A DNA stretch of 64,000 nucleotides from Candidatus Woesebacteria bacterium (GCA_017992725.1 JAGOOB010000001.1:553-64552); one strand, 5' to 3'. Shown: positions 31,087 through 42,186, counted from the stretch's first letter. The notes: generated by a model not told the origin, from the sequence alone. Program-made: numbers and translations.

Positions 31087-34000
31087 TTAGTCCTCGATTT
31101 CTATTTTTTCATTTTCTCCTACCACCGCTTCTGTAGCTAAATCCTCATCAGCATCGAGTTCATCTTCATCAACGTCTTCTTCTTCTAAATCGAGTTCTTC
31201 TGTTTCTTCTTTCTCAATATCAACTTCTTCATCATCATCTTGCTTTTCACCTTCAGTCTCTAAATCTTCTAAAATTAATATGTCTTCAGCAGCCTCATCT
31301 TTTTTCTCTTCATCATTAGTTTGCAAAACTTCATCTAGTGGATCAATATCCAATACTAAAGAATTTAATTCTTTACACAGAACCTTAAATGATTCAGGAA
31401 CAGTTGGTGCAGGAATTTCTTCTCCTTTAACAATGGCCTCAAAGGCTTTAGCTCTACCCCTAACATCATCTGACTTGATTGTTAGCATTTCTTGTAGAAC
31501 ATGAGCCGCTCGATGCGCTTCTAACGCCCAAACTTCCATTTCTCCCATTCGCTGACCGCCCATTTGCGCTTTACCACCCAAAGGTTGTTGGGTAACTAAA
31601 GAATAAGGACCAGTAGAACGAGCGTGAGTTTTATCTTCAACCATGTGACTCAATTTCAAAATATAGTTAATTCCTACCACTGATTTCTCATTGTAAGCTT
31701 CACCGGTTAAACCATCATACAGTTGAGTTTTACCAGAAACTGGCAAACCAGCTTTTTCCAATTCCTGCCAAATCTTATCTTCATCAAATTCTTCAAAAGC
31801 TGGGACTGCGACTCGATAGCCCAATTTATCAGCCGCCCAACCCAAATGAGTTTCCAATAACTGCCCTAAGTTCATACGCGCCAGAACCGAGAGAGGAGAA
31901 ATAATAATGTCCACTGGAGTACCGTCCTCTAAATGAGGCATATCTGCTTGAGGAACAATTTTGGAGATCACTCCCTTATTACCGTGACGGCCGGCTAATT
32001 TATCGCCAACCACAATTTTTCTTAATTGAGCAATTTTAACTATCACTTCCTTAATTGTTCCCGGATCCAATTCATCACCCAAATCACGATCTAAAATTTG
32101 GACATCAATCACTGTCCCTTCTCCTCCGTGAGGCATACGCAATGAAGTATCTCGGATTTCTTTTGATTTCTCACCAAAAATAGCCCTTAATAAACGTTCT
32201 TCTGGTGAAAGTTCAGTTTCTCCTTTGGGAGCTACTTTTCCTACTAAAATGTCACCAGATTTAACATGGCTACCTATTTGGATAATACCATCAGTATTTA
32301 AGTTAGCCAAAAAAGTTTCACTGACATTGGGAATGTCATTAGTTAATTCTTCAGGACCTAAGCGAGTGTCCATCACTTTGGCTTTGTGTTCACTGATTTG
32401 AATAGAACTTAAAGTATCTTGTTGCACTAAACGATCAGAAATCACAATAGCGTCTTCATAACCCAAACCTTTAAAACAAGTATAGGCAATTAACAGATTG
32501 GTACCTAAAGCTAATTCTCCATGATCAGTAGCTGGACCATCAATTAAAACATCACCTTTTTTAATCTTATCTCCCACTTGCACTTCTGGAGTTTGATTAT
32601 AACAAGTACTTTGAGAGGTACGAGCAAATTTATTTAACTTGTAAGTTAAATTACCTTGCTGATAACTCACTCGCTCATTGTTAGCAGTCTCCACCCAAGC
32701 TTTGGCTTTTTCTTGATACTTGGCATCAACTTTTAATACCACTTCGCTAGCATCAACATAAAGGACTTCACCAGGAAATTCTGCTAAAACTGTCCAACCC
32801 ATCGCCGTCGCTATCTCTTTTTCCATACCAGTGCCCACAATTGGTGCTTGAGTTTTAACAAGAGGCACTGCTTGACATTGCATGTGTGAACCCATCAAAG
32901 CACGGTTAGCTTCATCATGAGCAACAAAAGGAATCAGCGAGGCACTACAACCAACCACTTGACGTGGCACCACATCAATGTATTGAACCTTTTGTACCGA
33001 ACCTTCAATAAATTGATTGTTATAGCGCATTGGCACCCAATCCTGAGTAATATAACCCTTATCATCAATGTCAACTCCAGCGTGAGTAATGTAATAATCT
33101 TCCTCTTCATCAGCACTCAAGTAAACTATTTCATCAGTCACTTTCATCTTACCTCGATAATTAATTACCTTAGCGTAAGGTGCTTCTAAAAATCCATATT
33201 TATTAACTCTGGTATAAAGAGCTAAGTAAGTCACCAAACCGATGTTTGGACCCTCTGGAGAACGAATTGGACAAATTCTTGAATATTGTGACGCATTAAT
33301 ATCACGCATTGAAAAAGAAGCACGATCTCTGGTCACACCACCAGTACCCATCACTGACAAACGGCGCAGATTATCAATTTCTGATAAGGGATTAGTTTGA
33401 TCAAGAATGGTAGATAAACGATTACGACGGAAAAATTCAGCAATAGAGGCAATCAGTGGTCGAGCATTAACCAGAGCTGAGGGAGTTAATACTTCATCAG
33501 TTTTGGTCAATGACATTTTCTCACGAATAGATCTTTCTAAACGAATTAAACCAATACGAAAAGCACTGATTGAAACTAATTCTCCAACTTGGCGTACGCG
33601 ACGATTAGAAAGATGATCAATATCATCAACTTTACCCTCGCCGTTTTGTAATTTAATTAAATATTTGATACTAGCCAAAACATCTTCTTTAGCCAAAACA
33701 GTTAATTTTTCATCTAGTTTGATCCCTAAGCGACGATTCATTTTATAACGACCTACTTCACCCAAATCATAGCGACGAGGATCAAAAAACATATTTTTCA
33801 AAAACTCACGAGCTGTTTCTAAAACCGCTGGTTCACCTGGACGCATTTTTTCGTAGATTTCGATTAAAGCCTCAGCTTGACTAGTAGTTGAATCTTTACG
33901 TAAAGTGTTGTTAATTAAATCTAGTTCGTCATTTTTTAAAACTTCAGCTAAAGCTTCTGCGATATCATCATTAGTTTCCCAACCCAAAGCGCGAAGCAGC

Positions 34001-34575
34001 ACGGTAGCCGGCATCTTGCGTCGACGATCAATTTTAATGGTTAAAACATGACGACGACTAACATTAATCTCTAACCAAGAACCACGCATTGGCCTCAGCT
34101 CAGCTTTATAAAGCAATTCTTTGGTGTTTTGATCTTCCTCACCAGAAAAGAAAACGCCCGGTGATCTAACCAATTGAGTAACAATGCCTCTTTCGATACC
34201 ATTGATAATAAAGGTACCGGTATTGGTCATGGCCGGAATATCACCCAAAAAGACTTCTTGAGTTCTTTCCTCACCAGTCTTTTTGTTTAATAAAGTCGCC
34301 TCAACATATAGGGGTTGATCGTAAGAAACATTTTTGGTCTTTGCTTCTGTGGGTGTATATTTTGCCGGACCAAAACGATAGTCACCAAATTTCAGTGACC
34401 AGTTTTTTCCAGTGAAATCTTCAATACCTCGTTCTCCATTAATCTCCTTTAAAGATTCTCTGATCCCATTGTTTAAAAAATCTTGATAACTATTAATTTG
34501 CAGGGCAACTAGATCCAATTCTGGTAGGATTGAATGTTCTTGTCCCCAATTTTGGCGATTGCTGGTTTGTGGCAT
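31087..34575 (-). CDS. rpoB: DNA-directed RNA polymerase subunit beta, with a ~75-aa highly acidic C-terminal tail
   Basis: 1162 aa with rpoB conserved blocks ([27 protein letters not shown]). The C-terminus is a D/E-rich low-complexity region. Confidence 0.95.
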   Translation of the reverse strand: MPQTSNRQNWGQEHSILPELDLVALQINSYQDFLNNGIRESLKEINGERGIEDFTGKNWSLKFGDYRFGPAKYTPTEAKTKNVSYDQPLYVEATLLNKKTGEERTQEVFLGDIPAMTNTGTFIINGIERGIVTQLVRSPGVFFSGEEDQNTKELLYKAELRPMRGSWLEINVSRRHVLTIKIDRRRKMPATVLLRALGWETNDDIAEALAEVLKNDELDLINNTLRKDSTTSQAEALIEIYEKMRPGEPAVLETAREFLKNMFFDPRRYDLGEVGRYKMNRRLGIKLDEKLTVLAKEDVLASIKYLIKLQNGEGKVDDIDHLSNRRVRQVGELVSISAFRIGLIRLERSIREKMSLTKTDEVLTPSALVNARPLIASIAEFFRRNRLSTILDQTNPLSEIDNLRRLSVMGTGGVTRDRASFSMRDINASQYSRICPIRSPEGPNIGLVTYLALYTRVNKYGFLEAPYAKVINYRGKMKVTDEIVYLSADEEEDYYITHAGVDIDDKGYITQDWVPMRYNNQFIEGSVQKVQYIDVVPRQVVGCSASLIPFVAHDEANRALMGSHMQCQAVPLVKTQAPIVGTGMEKEIATAMGWTVLAEFPGEVLYVDASEVVLKVDAKYQEKAKAWVETANNERVSYQQGNLTYKLNKFARTSQSTCYNQTPEVQVGDKIKKGDVLIDGPATDHGELALGTNLLIAYTCFKGLGYEDAIVISDRLVQQDTLSSIQISEHKAKVMDTRLGPEELTNDIPNVSETFLANLNTDGIIQIGSHVKSGDILVGKVAPKGETELSPEERLLRAIFGEKSKEIRDTSLRMPHGGEGTVIDVQILDRDLGDELDPGTIKEVIVKIAQLRKIVVGDKLAGRHGNKGVISKIVPQADMPHLEDGTPVDIIISPLSVLARMNLGQLLETHLGWAADKLGYRVAVPAFEEFDEDKIWQELEKAGLPVSGKTQLYDGLTGEAYNEKSVVGINYILKLSHMVEDKTHARSTGPYSLVTQQPLGGKAQMGGQRMGEMEVWALEAHRAAHVLQEMLTIKSDDVRGRAKAFEAIVKGEEIPAPTVPESFKVLCKELNSLVLDIDPLDEVLQTNDEEKKDEAAEDILILEDLETEGEKQDDDEEVDIEKEETEELDLEEEDVDEDELDADEDLATEAVVGENEKIEIED

Positions 34576-34847
34576 GAAAATCCCTTGCTAAATTTTCTTT
34601 ATTGTTGATTTTTAATAATTTAAACTGTGTTTTAAATTTAAAATTAAAGTATTTTAAGCTCGTCCTAAAAACAGCTTAACCATAGCAAAAAAACACAGCC
34701 AAGATTATCAATTACTTGCTGTGCGAAAATTAATTAGTTGTTTTATTGTTTTTTAGAACAAAAGTCACAAATTAGTTCTGCTACTTGTTATTGCTTTAGG
34801 CTAAAATCTCTTTTTAGACAATTGTGCATTGTAACAGGAAGCAAGAA

Positions 34848-35837
34848 TTAGCGCAAGTATTGATTTACATTAGCGTTGTGACCTTCAATCGTGTCTGCCG
34901 TGTGAATTTGGTCGGCAAGATCGTGGATATAGTATAAGGCAGTCGTTGACTGAGGATGAAGAACTGCCTTAATCGCTGCTAAGCCAGGATTACATATTGG
35001 CTGAGGTGGCAATCCTGGATTTTGGTAAGTATTAAATGCTGAAGCTAAATTTTTGTCTGCAGCTACTGGATTTGACCACCACGTTTGCTCAGCAACACTA
35101 TAACCCTTAACATATTGCAAGGTCGCATCAACTTGCAGTGGCATATTAATTTCCAAACGATTGAATAAAATACCAGCTATTAGTGGCATATCTTGCTCAT
35201 TAGCACTCTCTCTTTGAACTAGAGAGGCAAGAGTCAAAATTTGATTCAAGTCTAATTGACTGCTAGCTAAATCTTCAGCTAGAGCAGTTAATACCTTGCT
35301 TTCAAAGGTATTAACTAATAGATTCACAATGCTGGCAGTAGTACTCGCTTTTGGCACTAGATAAGTGTCGGGGAACAATTGTCCTTCCAAGCCATCGGTC
35401 AACACCAAAAATTCTTGTTCATCAAATTCACTAAGGTCTTGTTTAACTAAACTAGCAGCTATTTCTTCACGCCGCCATCCCTCAGGTATCGTAATCCATA
35501 AATCATCGGTGCCTTTGGTCAATACTTGGGTTAATTCACTAACTGACATGCTCGGACTCAATTTAAAAGAACCTGCCTGAATACTAGTTTGCTTACCCTG
35601 TTGATAAAGGGCGAGACGAAAAGCTAAAGGAGACCGAATCAAACCTTCAGCTTTGAGGCGTTGAGCAATGTTTTGCGTTGCTTCACCCTTGGGAATAATA
35701 AAAGTGACAGTACTTTGATCACTGCTATTTGGAGCTTGTAATAACGAAATAAAAATTGCCCATCCAGAGATAACAATAATTACAAAAATTAGTAAGAAAT
35801 AAAAGAATGAACGTGGTTTTTTTGGAGAATTTTTCAT
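34848..35837 (-). CDS. mltG: Endolytic murein transglycosylase MltG (YceG-like)
   Basis: N-terminal TM anchor, then a YceG-like domain with a PEGW...EI block and a C-terminal YNTYQNPGLPPQPICNPG motif. Confidence 0.8.
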   Translation of the reverse strand: MKNSPKKPRSFFYFLLIFVIIVISGWAIFISLLQAPNSSDQSTVTFIIPKGEATQNIAQRLKAEGLIRSPLAFRLALYQQGKQTSIQAGSFKLSPSMSVSELTQVLTKGTDDLWITIPEGWRREEIAASLVKQDLSEFDEQEFLVLTDGLEGQLFPDTYLVPKASTTASIVNLLVNTFESKVLTALAEDLASSQLDLNQILTLASLVQRESANEQDMPLIAGILFNRLEINMPLQVDATLQYVKGYSVAEQTWWSNPVAADKNLASAFNTYQNPGLPPQPICNPGLAAIKAVLHPQSTTALYYIHDLADQIHTADTIEGHNANVNQYLR

Positions 35838-35850
35838 TGAGGGGCTTAGT

Positions 35851-36252
35851 CTAACATAAATCTAAGTAGTTTTCGAGAATAATGGCTGCTGCATAGTGGT
35901 CTATTGCCTGGCGTCTTTTCTTTTTTGGCAATTCTTTCAACCTCTGCTCAACTTCATATGAAGATAAAACTTCATCAACTAAAATAACATCCAAATTGAA
36001 CGTTGATTGTAAAATCTCAAAAAATTCTAAGATTTTTTTTGCCATTGCCTGTTCTGAAATACCCAAAACAATTTTGTCAACTTTTTCAGCTTTTACTATT
36101 TGCTTAATTTCTGCTAAAGCTTGAGAACCAATAATGGGCTCATTACTCGTCACATCATTGTTGATGATTGTCAGTGGCTCAGCCAAACCCACGTAGGAAA
36201 TCGCTAAACCAATTCGAGCTAAACCATAGTCAATTGCTAAAATTGTTGACAT
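35851..36252 (-). CDS. ruvX: Putative pre-16S rRNA nuclease / Holliday-junction-resolvase-like YqgF/RuvX
   Basis: MSTILAIDYGLARIGLAIS N-terminus (RNase H-like DxG) in a 133-aa protein. The conserved neighbourhood with mltG and alaS supports the call. Confidence 0.8.
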   Translation of the reverse strand: MSTILAIDYGLARIGLAISYVGLAEPLTIINNDVTSNEPIIGSQALAEIKQIVKAEKVDKIVLGISEQAMAKKILEFFEILQSTFNLDVILVDEVLSSYEVEQRLKELPKKKRRQAIDHYAAAIILENYLDLC

Positions 36253-36261
36253 GTTCTTAAT

Positions 36262-37221
36262 TTATTCTTTGACTAACTGGGCAGTAATCACTCCTCGACG
36301 CAAGGTAGTTCCTTCTGGAACGCAGGTCACTAATTTTAATTGACGAACGTCAACTCGTTGAGCAAGAATAAAAGTGTCATCGGCTTTGACTTCAGTTTTG
36401 CCTTGAACAACATAGGTATATTTGACGTTGTCATAGGTTAAATATATTTTGTCACCTTTTTCCAGAGTCATTATTTTACTAAAAATTGAATTGTAACGGC
36501 GAGGATTGTTTTCACTTGGATTATAAAATTGACGCAAAACCGAATGACCAAATATCACTGGAGCACCCAACTGTCCAGGCATTCCAGTTCCAGGATAATG
36601 AATTAAACTTTGATTAAGATCACTTCCACCAACTCGAACCTTGGCATTACTAATCCCTAAACGAGGAATGTCTAGCGTATATTCAATAAACTCGCTTGTG
36701 CTTAATTCTACGTTTTCTAGATCGTCACTAAACCAATTAGTTAGGTCTGTAAAATCAAGATCCTGATCTAAAATCACTGGTTCAGTTTCAACACTGTAAT
36801 CGGTAGTGCTATTTTCTACTATTTCAGTTTGAGCTTGAGCGGAAATTAATGGATTGCCCAACAGTAATTGCGAATTAGGTATTGGAGATAATAAAGTAAT
36901 TTCTTCTTCTTTTTTCCATGGTAAATAATAATCAATAATGGGCCAAAGCGCAGATAAAGCTAACGCCAAGCCAAAAACTATTAATGCCAATGGCAAAAAA
37001 GTTGCCCCCACTCTCACTATTTTGGGTAAGCGGCCCCAAAAATTTAACTGGATTTGCTCATCTAAATTTTTTTCGCCCTGCTGACTGGCTTTATCTTGTT
37101 TCAAAAAGTAATTAACTTTTTTATTCAAGTCTTGTATAGGCACTCCATCTCTTAGTGCTTGGCGATAAAGTTTTAACAACTGTTTTTTTTGTTTGGTCAG
37201 TTGCGGATTTGTTTTAGCCAT
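36262..37221 (-). CDS. Sortase family transpeptidase (membrane anchored)
   Basis: N-terminal TM segment. Catalytic-type motifs: His in PVIFGHS, the Cys motif LVTCVP, and a C-terminal Arg (TLRRG). Confidence 0.7.
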   Translation of the reverse strand: MAKTNPQLTKQKKQLLKLYRQALRDGVPIQDLNKKVNYFLKQDKASQQGEKNLDEQIQLNFWGRLPKIVRVGATFLPLALIVFGLALALSALWPIIDYYLPWKKEEEITLLSPIPNSQLLLGNPLISAQAQTEIVENSTTDYSVETEPVILDQDLDFTDLTNWFSDDLENVELSTSEFIEYTLDIPRLGISNAKVRVGGSDLNQSLIHYPGTGMPGQLGAPVIFGHSVLRQFYNPSENNPRRYNSIFSKIMTLEKGDKIYLTYDNVKYTYVVQGKTEVKADDTFILAQRVDVRQLKLVTCVPEGTTLRRGVITAQLVKE

Positions 37222-37222
37222 A

Positions 37223-39475
37223 TTAATTAATGATGAAATTGAAACGGCTGGAATCTTTTGGTAATTTTTGCAATACTCGACCCATAAAAGCAGGTTGTAA
37301 AATTATTTCAGCCCGATCAATAGTTTCTTGTTCTTCTAAATTATTTTTGGCCTCTTCTAAACTTTTACCCAAAACTAGATCGTTTAATGCTTCTTGGTTA
37401 ATCTTCGCCTTAGCCTTGGCTGATAATTCAGCATCTAGAACTAAACGGTTGCTACCATCGGTCATAAGCTGAGGTTCATCGCTAAGTAAAGATGGTTCTT
37501 CATCTACAAATTCATAATTTTCCGGCAAATCTAACAATAAGACTTCTTCCGCCAATTGCTTTAAATCACTGGATGAGTATTTAACTGCTTCAACTGCCAA
37601 GGTCATTGTTAATGATAAAGTTTCTACCTCATCCCCTTCTTCATGATCGTAAGCAAAATCTACTATCCGACTCTCGCCAGTCGGCACGTAATAAACTCCG
37701 TCTTTGGACTCCTCTTTAAATTCCTTTACAGCAATCGCATACAAATTTTCTTTCAACTGATTCTGTAAATTGTCTAAATCTTTTTGAGAAACCACTCTAA
37801 TTTCCCGACTTGAGCCACCAGAAAAATCTTCAATGGCTGTAGCAGAGTAAGTATTTTCACTAAAATCAGCTACCGCTAACTTACTATCCTTGCCAATATT
37901 TCCTTCCGCCCCAATGTCTTGAGCGGTCAGCGCCACTTCAACACTACCATAATTAATATTCTGCCCATCGTCTTCTTCTTCGGAAACGGCAGCGGGGACT
38001 GTCACTTCTTCATTTAGAACAAAGGCAATGTCTTCATATTTAAAGATCGTGTTTGCTGAAAAAGTTTTATCCGTAAAAGTTTTATTAAATAATTTTACTT
38101 TGCCCTGTGCTTTATCTCCAACCAAACTGATCCCTGTAGTACTCAAGGTGTCTTCACCTTTAATTTCCTTTTCTTCTAACGAGACTTTCAATAAATTTTT
38201 AGTAAAATCCGATTCAGCCAATTGAGGATCTAAAATAATTTCTAAATTTTTTTGCAATATTCTTTCATTAGCCGTCACTTTGACTGTAACATCAGACAAA
38301 AACAAATTATAGACGAAAAATAGTGTGATCAAAGCCAACAAGCCTCCTCCCACACCGATCAGTAAAGATTTTTTATTTTTTTTGAAAAAACGTTTCAAAA
38401 CGCTACTGCTTTTACTTTTTATTTTTTTCTGATCTTGACTGTTCACAGAAGATAAATCAACAGCTTGAAGATTGTCATTAGTTATTTCTTCAGCTTGACT
38501 TTTGGCCAATGGAGTTTGCTGGTGAAGAGCTTGCTCTAAATCAATTTTCTCTGAACTTAAATCAATACCAAAACTGCTAATCTTTTTTTCTGCACTTACT
38601 AGTTCGGGCCCATTACTAGCCACATCCTGATCAGAGATATCTTTATTATCTGTACTGGTCATTTCACTAAATTCTTGAGTTAATTTTGAGGCAAAATTTT
38701 TGGACAACATGTAGCTAGCAGCCAAACTTAAGGATTTAATTAAAAAATCATTGCTTAGAACAACAAATTCTGGCATTTGTAAAAAACCTGACAATGTAGT
38801 CCAGTCAAAAGCCTGCAGTTCTGCCTGCTCTTTGTTTAACACTTTTTGGGGCAAATTTAATGAGGAAAGAAAAACCTTGTTAGGAAAATACTTGCCTTGC
38901 TCGCCTAACTCTTGACTAATTCTGGCTAAACCTTCCTGTAAATCGTCACTAAGTCTAGCGGAGCGGCCAATTTTCAAATTCGCCAGTAATTTTCCGTGTT
39001 TGATTAACAGTAAATCAAAATCTTTGTCACGTAAATAAAGAACAATCGAAGAATCATGAGGATCTTTCATAATTCTAGCTTGATGGATACCTTCTGAAAT
39101 ACTCATTTGTCCCAGAGGCAACAAACTTAAATTATCTGTTAAATCTTTAACTATCACTTTTTTGCTATCCTGTAAATCACCCTTCTCCAGCCAAGTTTCA
39201 TCAAAGACAAAAACACAGTCAGCTACTTCATCCGCCAAAGGACCTAAATCTTGTAAAGCTTGATCAAGTTGTGTTAATAAATCTTGGCGATCAAAATAAG
39301 TTTTAATTGCGGAATATTCTTTAATTTCTTGATTTTTGCTAACCAAAGCAGCTTGCAGTTCCTGATCGCTGAGAATGATGGTAATAAATAACTCAGTTTC
39401 CATCAGCTCTCCTACCGGCATTTTGGTCTCTTGCTCTTTTTTGCCTTTGATAATCTTTTTTAGTAAATTGGGCAT
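37223..39475 (-). CDS. Large hypothetical bitopic membrane protein (750 aa): ~350-aa cytoplasmic N-domain, one TM helix, ~380-aa acidic extracytoplasmic domain
   Basis: TM helix LLIGVGGGLLALITLFFVYNLFL sits mid-protein. No motif was recognised with confidence; the N-domain has a weak actin-like/PilM-like flavour but lacks a clear phosphate-binding DxG. There is no C-terminal sorting signal. Confidence 0.5.
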   Translation of the reverse strand: MPNLLKKIIKGKKEQETKMPVGELMETELFITIILSDQELQAALVSKNQEIKEYSAIKTYFDRQDLLTQLDQALQDLGPLADEVADCVFVFDETWLEKGDLQDSKKVIVKDLTDNLSLLPLGQMSISEGIHQARIMKDPHDSSIVLYLRDKDFDLLLIKHGKLLANLKIGRSARLSDDLQEGLARISQELGEQGKYFPNKVFLSSLNLPQKVLNKEQAELQAFDWTTLSGFLQMPEFVVLSNDFLIKSLSLAASYMLSKNFASKLTQEFSEMTSTDNKDISDQDVASNGPELVSAEKKISSFGIDLSSEKIDLEQALHQQTPLAKSQAEEITNDNLQAVDLSSVNSQDQKKIKSKSSSVLKRFFKKNKKSLLIGVGGGLLALITLFFVYNLFLSDVTVKVTANERILQKNLEIILDPQLAESDFTKNLLKVSLEEKEIKGEDTLSTTGISLVGDKAQGKVKLFNKTFTDKTFSANTIFKYEDIAFVLNEEVTVPAAVSEEEDDGQNINYGSVEVALTAQDIGAEGNIGKDSKLAVADFSENTYSATAIEDFSGGSSREIRVVSQKDLDNLQNQLKENLYAIAVKEFKEESKDGVYYVPTGESRIVDFAYDHEEGDEVETLSLTMTLAVEAVKYSSSDLKQLAEEVLLLDLPENYEFVDEEPSLLSDEPQLMTDGSNRLVLDAELSAKAKAKINQEALNDLVLGKSLEEAKNNLEEQETIDRAEIILQPAFMGRVLQKLPKDSSRFNFIIN

Positions 39476-39561
39476 ATTATTTGGATAATAAAGAATTGGT
39501 TTAAATAAAACCTGCAGCTCTATTAAAGCAGAATTTTCGATAATTTTGAAGAACTGAGTAT

Positions 39562-41469
39562 TTATTCAGCTCGGAAACGCATATAAATTCTGCGTACACC
39601 TTGCGAGACGGCTTTTTCCTTAAAAATTTCCAAATCGCCAAAGCGAGCAATTTGACCAGTACTTGCGACGTGAGGACCGCCACAAAGTTCTTTAGATATC
39701 CAGTGATCAGGATCGCCAATGGTATAAACACTAACTTGATCGGGATAACGTTCAATAAAAAAAGCAATCGCTCCAGACTTGAGAGCCTCTTCCTTAGAGA
39801 GAATTTCATGCGATACCGGCAGATCTTCTTGCAACCACTGATTAACTAATTGTTCAACTGTTACCAACTCCTCTTTATTCAATGCTCGAGTATAACTAAA
39901 ATCAAAGCGTAAACGTTCACTATTAATGTTAGAACCTTTTTGCTGAACTTGATCGCCCAACACCTTTCTCAAAGCCGCTTGCAGTAGATGAGTGGCCGTG
40001 TGAAAAGCTGTTGTCTTGGCCTCATGATCAGCCAAACCACCTTTAAATCTGTCCTTAGCAGTTTGTCTAGATAAAGCAGCGTGCTGTTGATTGGCTTCAG
40101 CAATCTTACTGTCAATAGCTGGCTCAATGCTAATATTTCTTGTTTTAGCTTCTTCGATGGACAATTCAAACGGGAAACCATAGCTTTCATAAAGTGTAAA
40201 AACCAAATCGGCAGTCAATTGATCTTTATTACTAATTAAACGATTAAACTCTTTCAGACCACGTTTGAGCGTTTTGTTAAACTTTTGTTCTTCATTTTTT
40301 AAAACTTCATTAATATGTTCAGTTTTGGATTCCACTTGTGGATAAAAATCTTGATATAGATCAACTATTGCTGGGACCAGATCTGGCAAAAATTCTTGTT
40401 CTAAACCTAAATATTTGGCCTGTCTAAGCGATCGGCGAATTAAACGCCGCAAAAGATAACCTTGTTCCTTATTACTTGGCAAAACACCATCAGCAATTAG
40501 CATGACACTAGCCTTAAGATGATCAGCAATGATACGAAATGCAGCTCGTAAATCTGGATCTTGATAGTTTTTTTGACTAATTTCCTCTAATTTTTTAATA
40601 ATTCCACTAAAAGCACTGCTTTGAAAAACATCAACTTGACCTTCTAGTACAGTTAATAAACGCTCCAAACCTCCACCGAAATCAATATTTTTTTGGGCTA
40701 ATTCACGAAAGCCAGTTGCTGTCCGTTGGTATTGCATAAATACGCTGTTACCAACTTCCAAAAAGCGACCGCAATCACAATTAATGTGACATGGTTCTTG
40801 AGCAAACTTAGATTGTTGATGAAACTGCTGGGCTTGATCTGGCGCGAAATCATAAAAAACCTCACTATCAGGACCACCAGGTTCACCAAGTGGCATCGTC
40901 GCTGGCACCCCAGATCTTGACCACCAATTTTTTTCTTCACCATAAAAGAAAATTCTACCTCCTTGTAAGCCAGCTTGTGGCTGATCAACAATTTTTGCTT
41001 CAATGCCTCTTTTTTGGAACAAATCTTGCCAAATGAGCGCACTTTCTTCGTCTTTGGGAATATTTAAAGCCTTGTTGCCAGCAAAAACCGATACATAAAG
41101 TCGAGAGGGGTCCAGTTGCAAAACATCAACTAAAAATTCAAAAAAGAAGGTAATTTGCTCTTGCTTAAAATAATCACCAAAAGACCAATTGCCCAACATT
41201 TCAAAAAACGTCGTGTGACGATTGTCTCCAACTTTATCTATATCTTCACTACGGAAACATTTTTGTGAATTAGCGATTCTTTGACCCTGTGGGTGTTTTT
41301 CCCCAAGTAAATAAGGAATCATCGCTTGCATTCCAGCACTTGTAAACAAAGTACTAGGATCATTTTCTGGTACTAAATTTGCCGAAGGCACTATTGCATG
41401 CCCTCTCTTAGCAAAATAATCTAAATATAAACGACGGAGACTAGATAAAGTTAGAGTATTACTAGACAT
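39562..41469 (-). CDS. alaS: Alanine--tRNA ligase, short form (catalytic, tRNA-recognition and editing domains; no C-Ala domain)
   Basis: Class II core (FTSAGMQAMIPYLLG, FFEMLGNWSFGDYFK) and editing-domain motifs HTATHLL and CGGPHV. It is 635 aa against about 870 for canonical AlaS. Confidence 0.85.
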   Translation of the reverse strand: MSSNTLTLSSLRRLYLDYFAKRGHAIVPSANLVPENDPSTLFTSAGMQAMIPYLLGEKHPQGQRIANSQKCFRSEDIDKVGDNRHTTFFEMLGNWSFGDYFKQEQITFFFEFLVDVLQLDPSRLYVSVFAGNKALNIPKDEESALIWQDLFQKRGIEAKIVDQPQAGLQGGRIFFYGEEKNWWSRSGVPATMPLGEPGGPDSEVFYDFAPDQAQQFHQQSKFAQEPCHINCDCGRFLEVGNSVFMQYQRTATGFRELAQKNIDFGGGLERLLTVLEGQVDVFQSSAFSGIIKKLEEISQKNYQDPDLRAAFRIIADHLKASVMLIADGVLPSNKEQGYLLRRLIRRSLRQAKYLGLEQEFLPDLVPAIVDLYQDFYPQVESKTEHINEVLKNEEQKFNKTLKRGLKEFNRLISNKDQLTADLVFTLYESYGFPFELSIEEAKTRNISIEPAIDSKIAEANQQHAALSRQTAKDRFKGGLADHEAKTTAFHTATHLLQAALRKVLGDQVQQKGSNINSERLRFDFSYTRALNKEELVTVEQLVNQWLQEDLPVSHEILSKEEALKSGAIAFFIERYPDQVSVYTIGDPDHWISKELCGGPHVASTGQIARFGDLEIFKEKAVSQGVRRIYMRFRAE

Positions 41470-41490
41470 GAAATTATTATAACAGTTACA

Positions 41491-41847
41491 CTAAATACCT
41501 TTGAATTGATTCTTCTTTCGTTGACGCCGAATACGCTTATGAATGTTTTCTTTCTCTTTTGATTGCTCTAATTTAACCAAGGCTAAACTGAGATTGTCTT
41601 TAAAGTCTAATAGAGAATTTTTTAAATGCCAAAGATATTTATCTTTAACTTCATCCAAAGTAACGTCTGGACTCTCGATTAAACCCTGCTCATATAAATC
41701 TACCCGAGCTTTTTCCCACTCATTAGCTAATTTCTCCCAAGTTTTCTTGCCATTTTCGCTAGAAAAGTAACTGATTAAAGCTCCTAGGGAAAAGCCAATG
41801 GTCAAACCAAATAAAAAATTGCTACCTTGTTGCTTATTTTCATCCAT
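41491..41847 (-). CDS. Small N-terminally anchored membrane protein (YtxH-like / general-stress-type), hypothetical
   Basis: N-terminal TM helix (FLFGLTIGFSLGALISYF), then a charged helical region with a basic C-terminus. Confidence 0.5.
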   Translation of the reverse strand: MDENKQQGSNFLFGLTIGFSLGALISYFSSENGKKTWEKLANEWEKARVDLYEQGLIESPDVTLDEVKDKYLWHLKNSLLDFKDNLSLALVKLEQSKEKENIHKRIRRQRKKNQFKGI

Positions 41848-41850
41848 AAA

Positions 41851-42186
41851 CTATTTTTTCTTTTGACCAGCTGATTTGTCTTTGGCAACTTCAGTGCCAT
41901 GACCTTTATCCCGATTTAACCAATTCATAAAACCCTCGGTAATCTTTAGACCCGCTGTAAAATTGGTAATAAAAGCGCCAAGGCTGTGAAATGGATTAAG
42001 AATACCCTCAATTTTTTCCTGGGTAGTATCAATAACTTGATTGGCCTTATCGATCGCTAAATTAAATTTTTCCAAAGATTGTTTGACTTGCCCCAAAACC
42101 AAAATTAATTTGACGGCCAAAACTACTAAAACCACGGTCAAACTAGCCACAGAAATGGTAAGAACTAAAGGTAAAATATCTGACAT
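41851..42186 (-). CDS. DUF948-like membrane protein (N-terminal TM plus coiled coil)
   Basis: MSDILPLVLTISVASLTVVLVVLAVKLILVLGQVK then a helical region; typical of DUF948. Confidence 0.55.
   Translation of the reverse strand: MSDILPLVLTISVASLTVVLVVLAVKLILVLGQVKQSLEKFNLAIDKANQVIDTTQEKIEGILNPFHSLGAFITNFTAGLKITEGFMNWLNRDKGHGTEVAKDKSAGQKKK

Noticed and set aside
39501-39809. 102-aa minus-strand ORF overlapping the alaS 3' end
   Set aside because: It is out of frame with alaS and overlaps it by 250 nt; its hydrophobic content is a frame artefact. The real intergenic region is 39476-39561.
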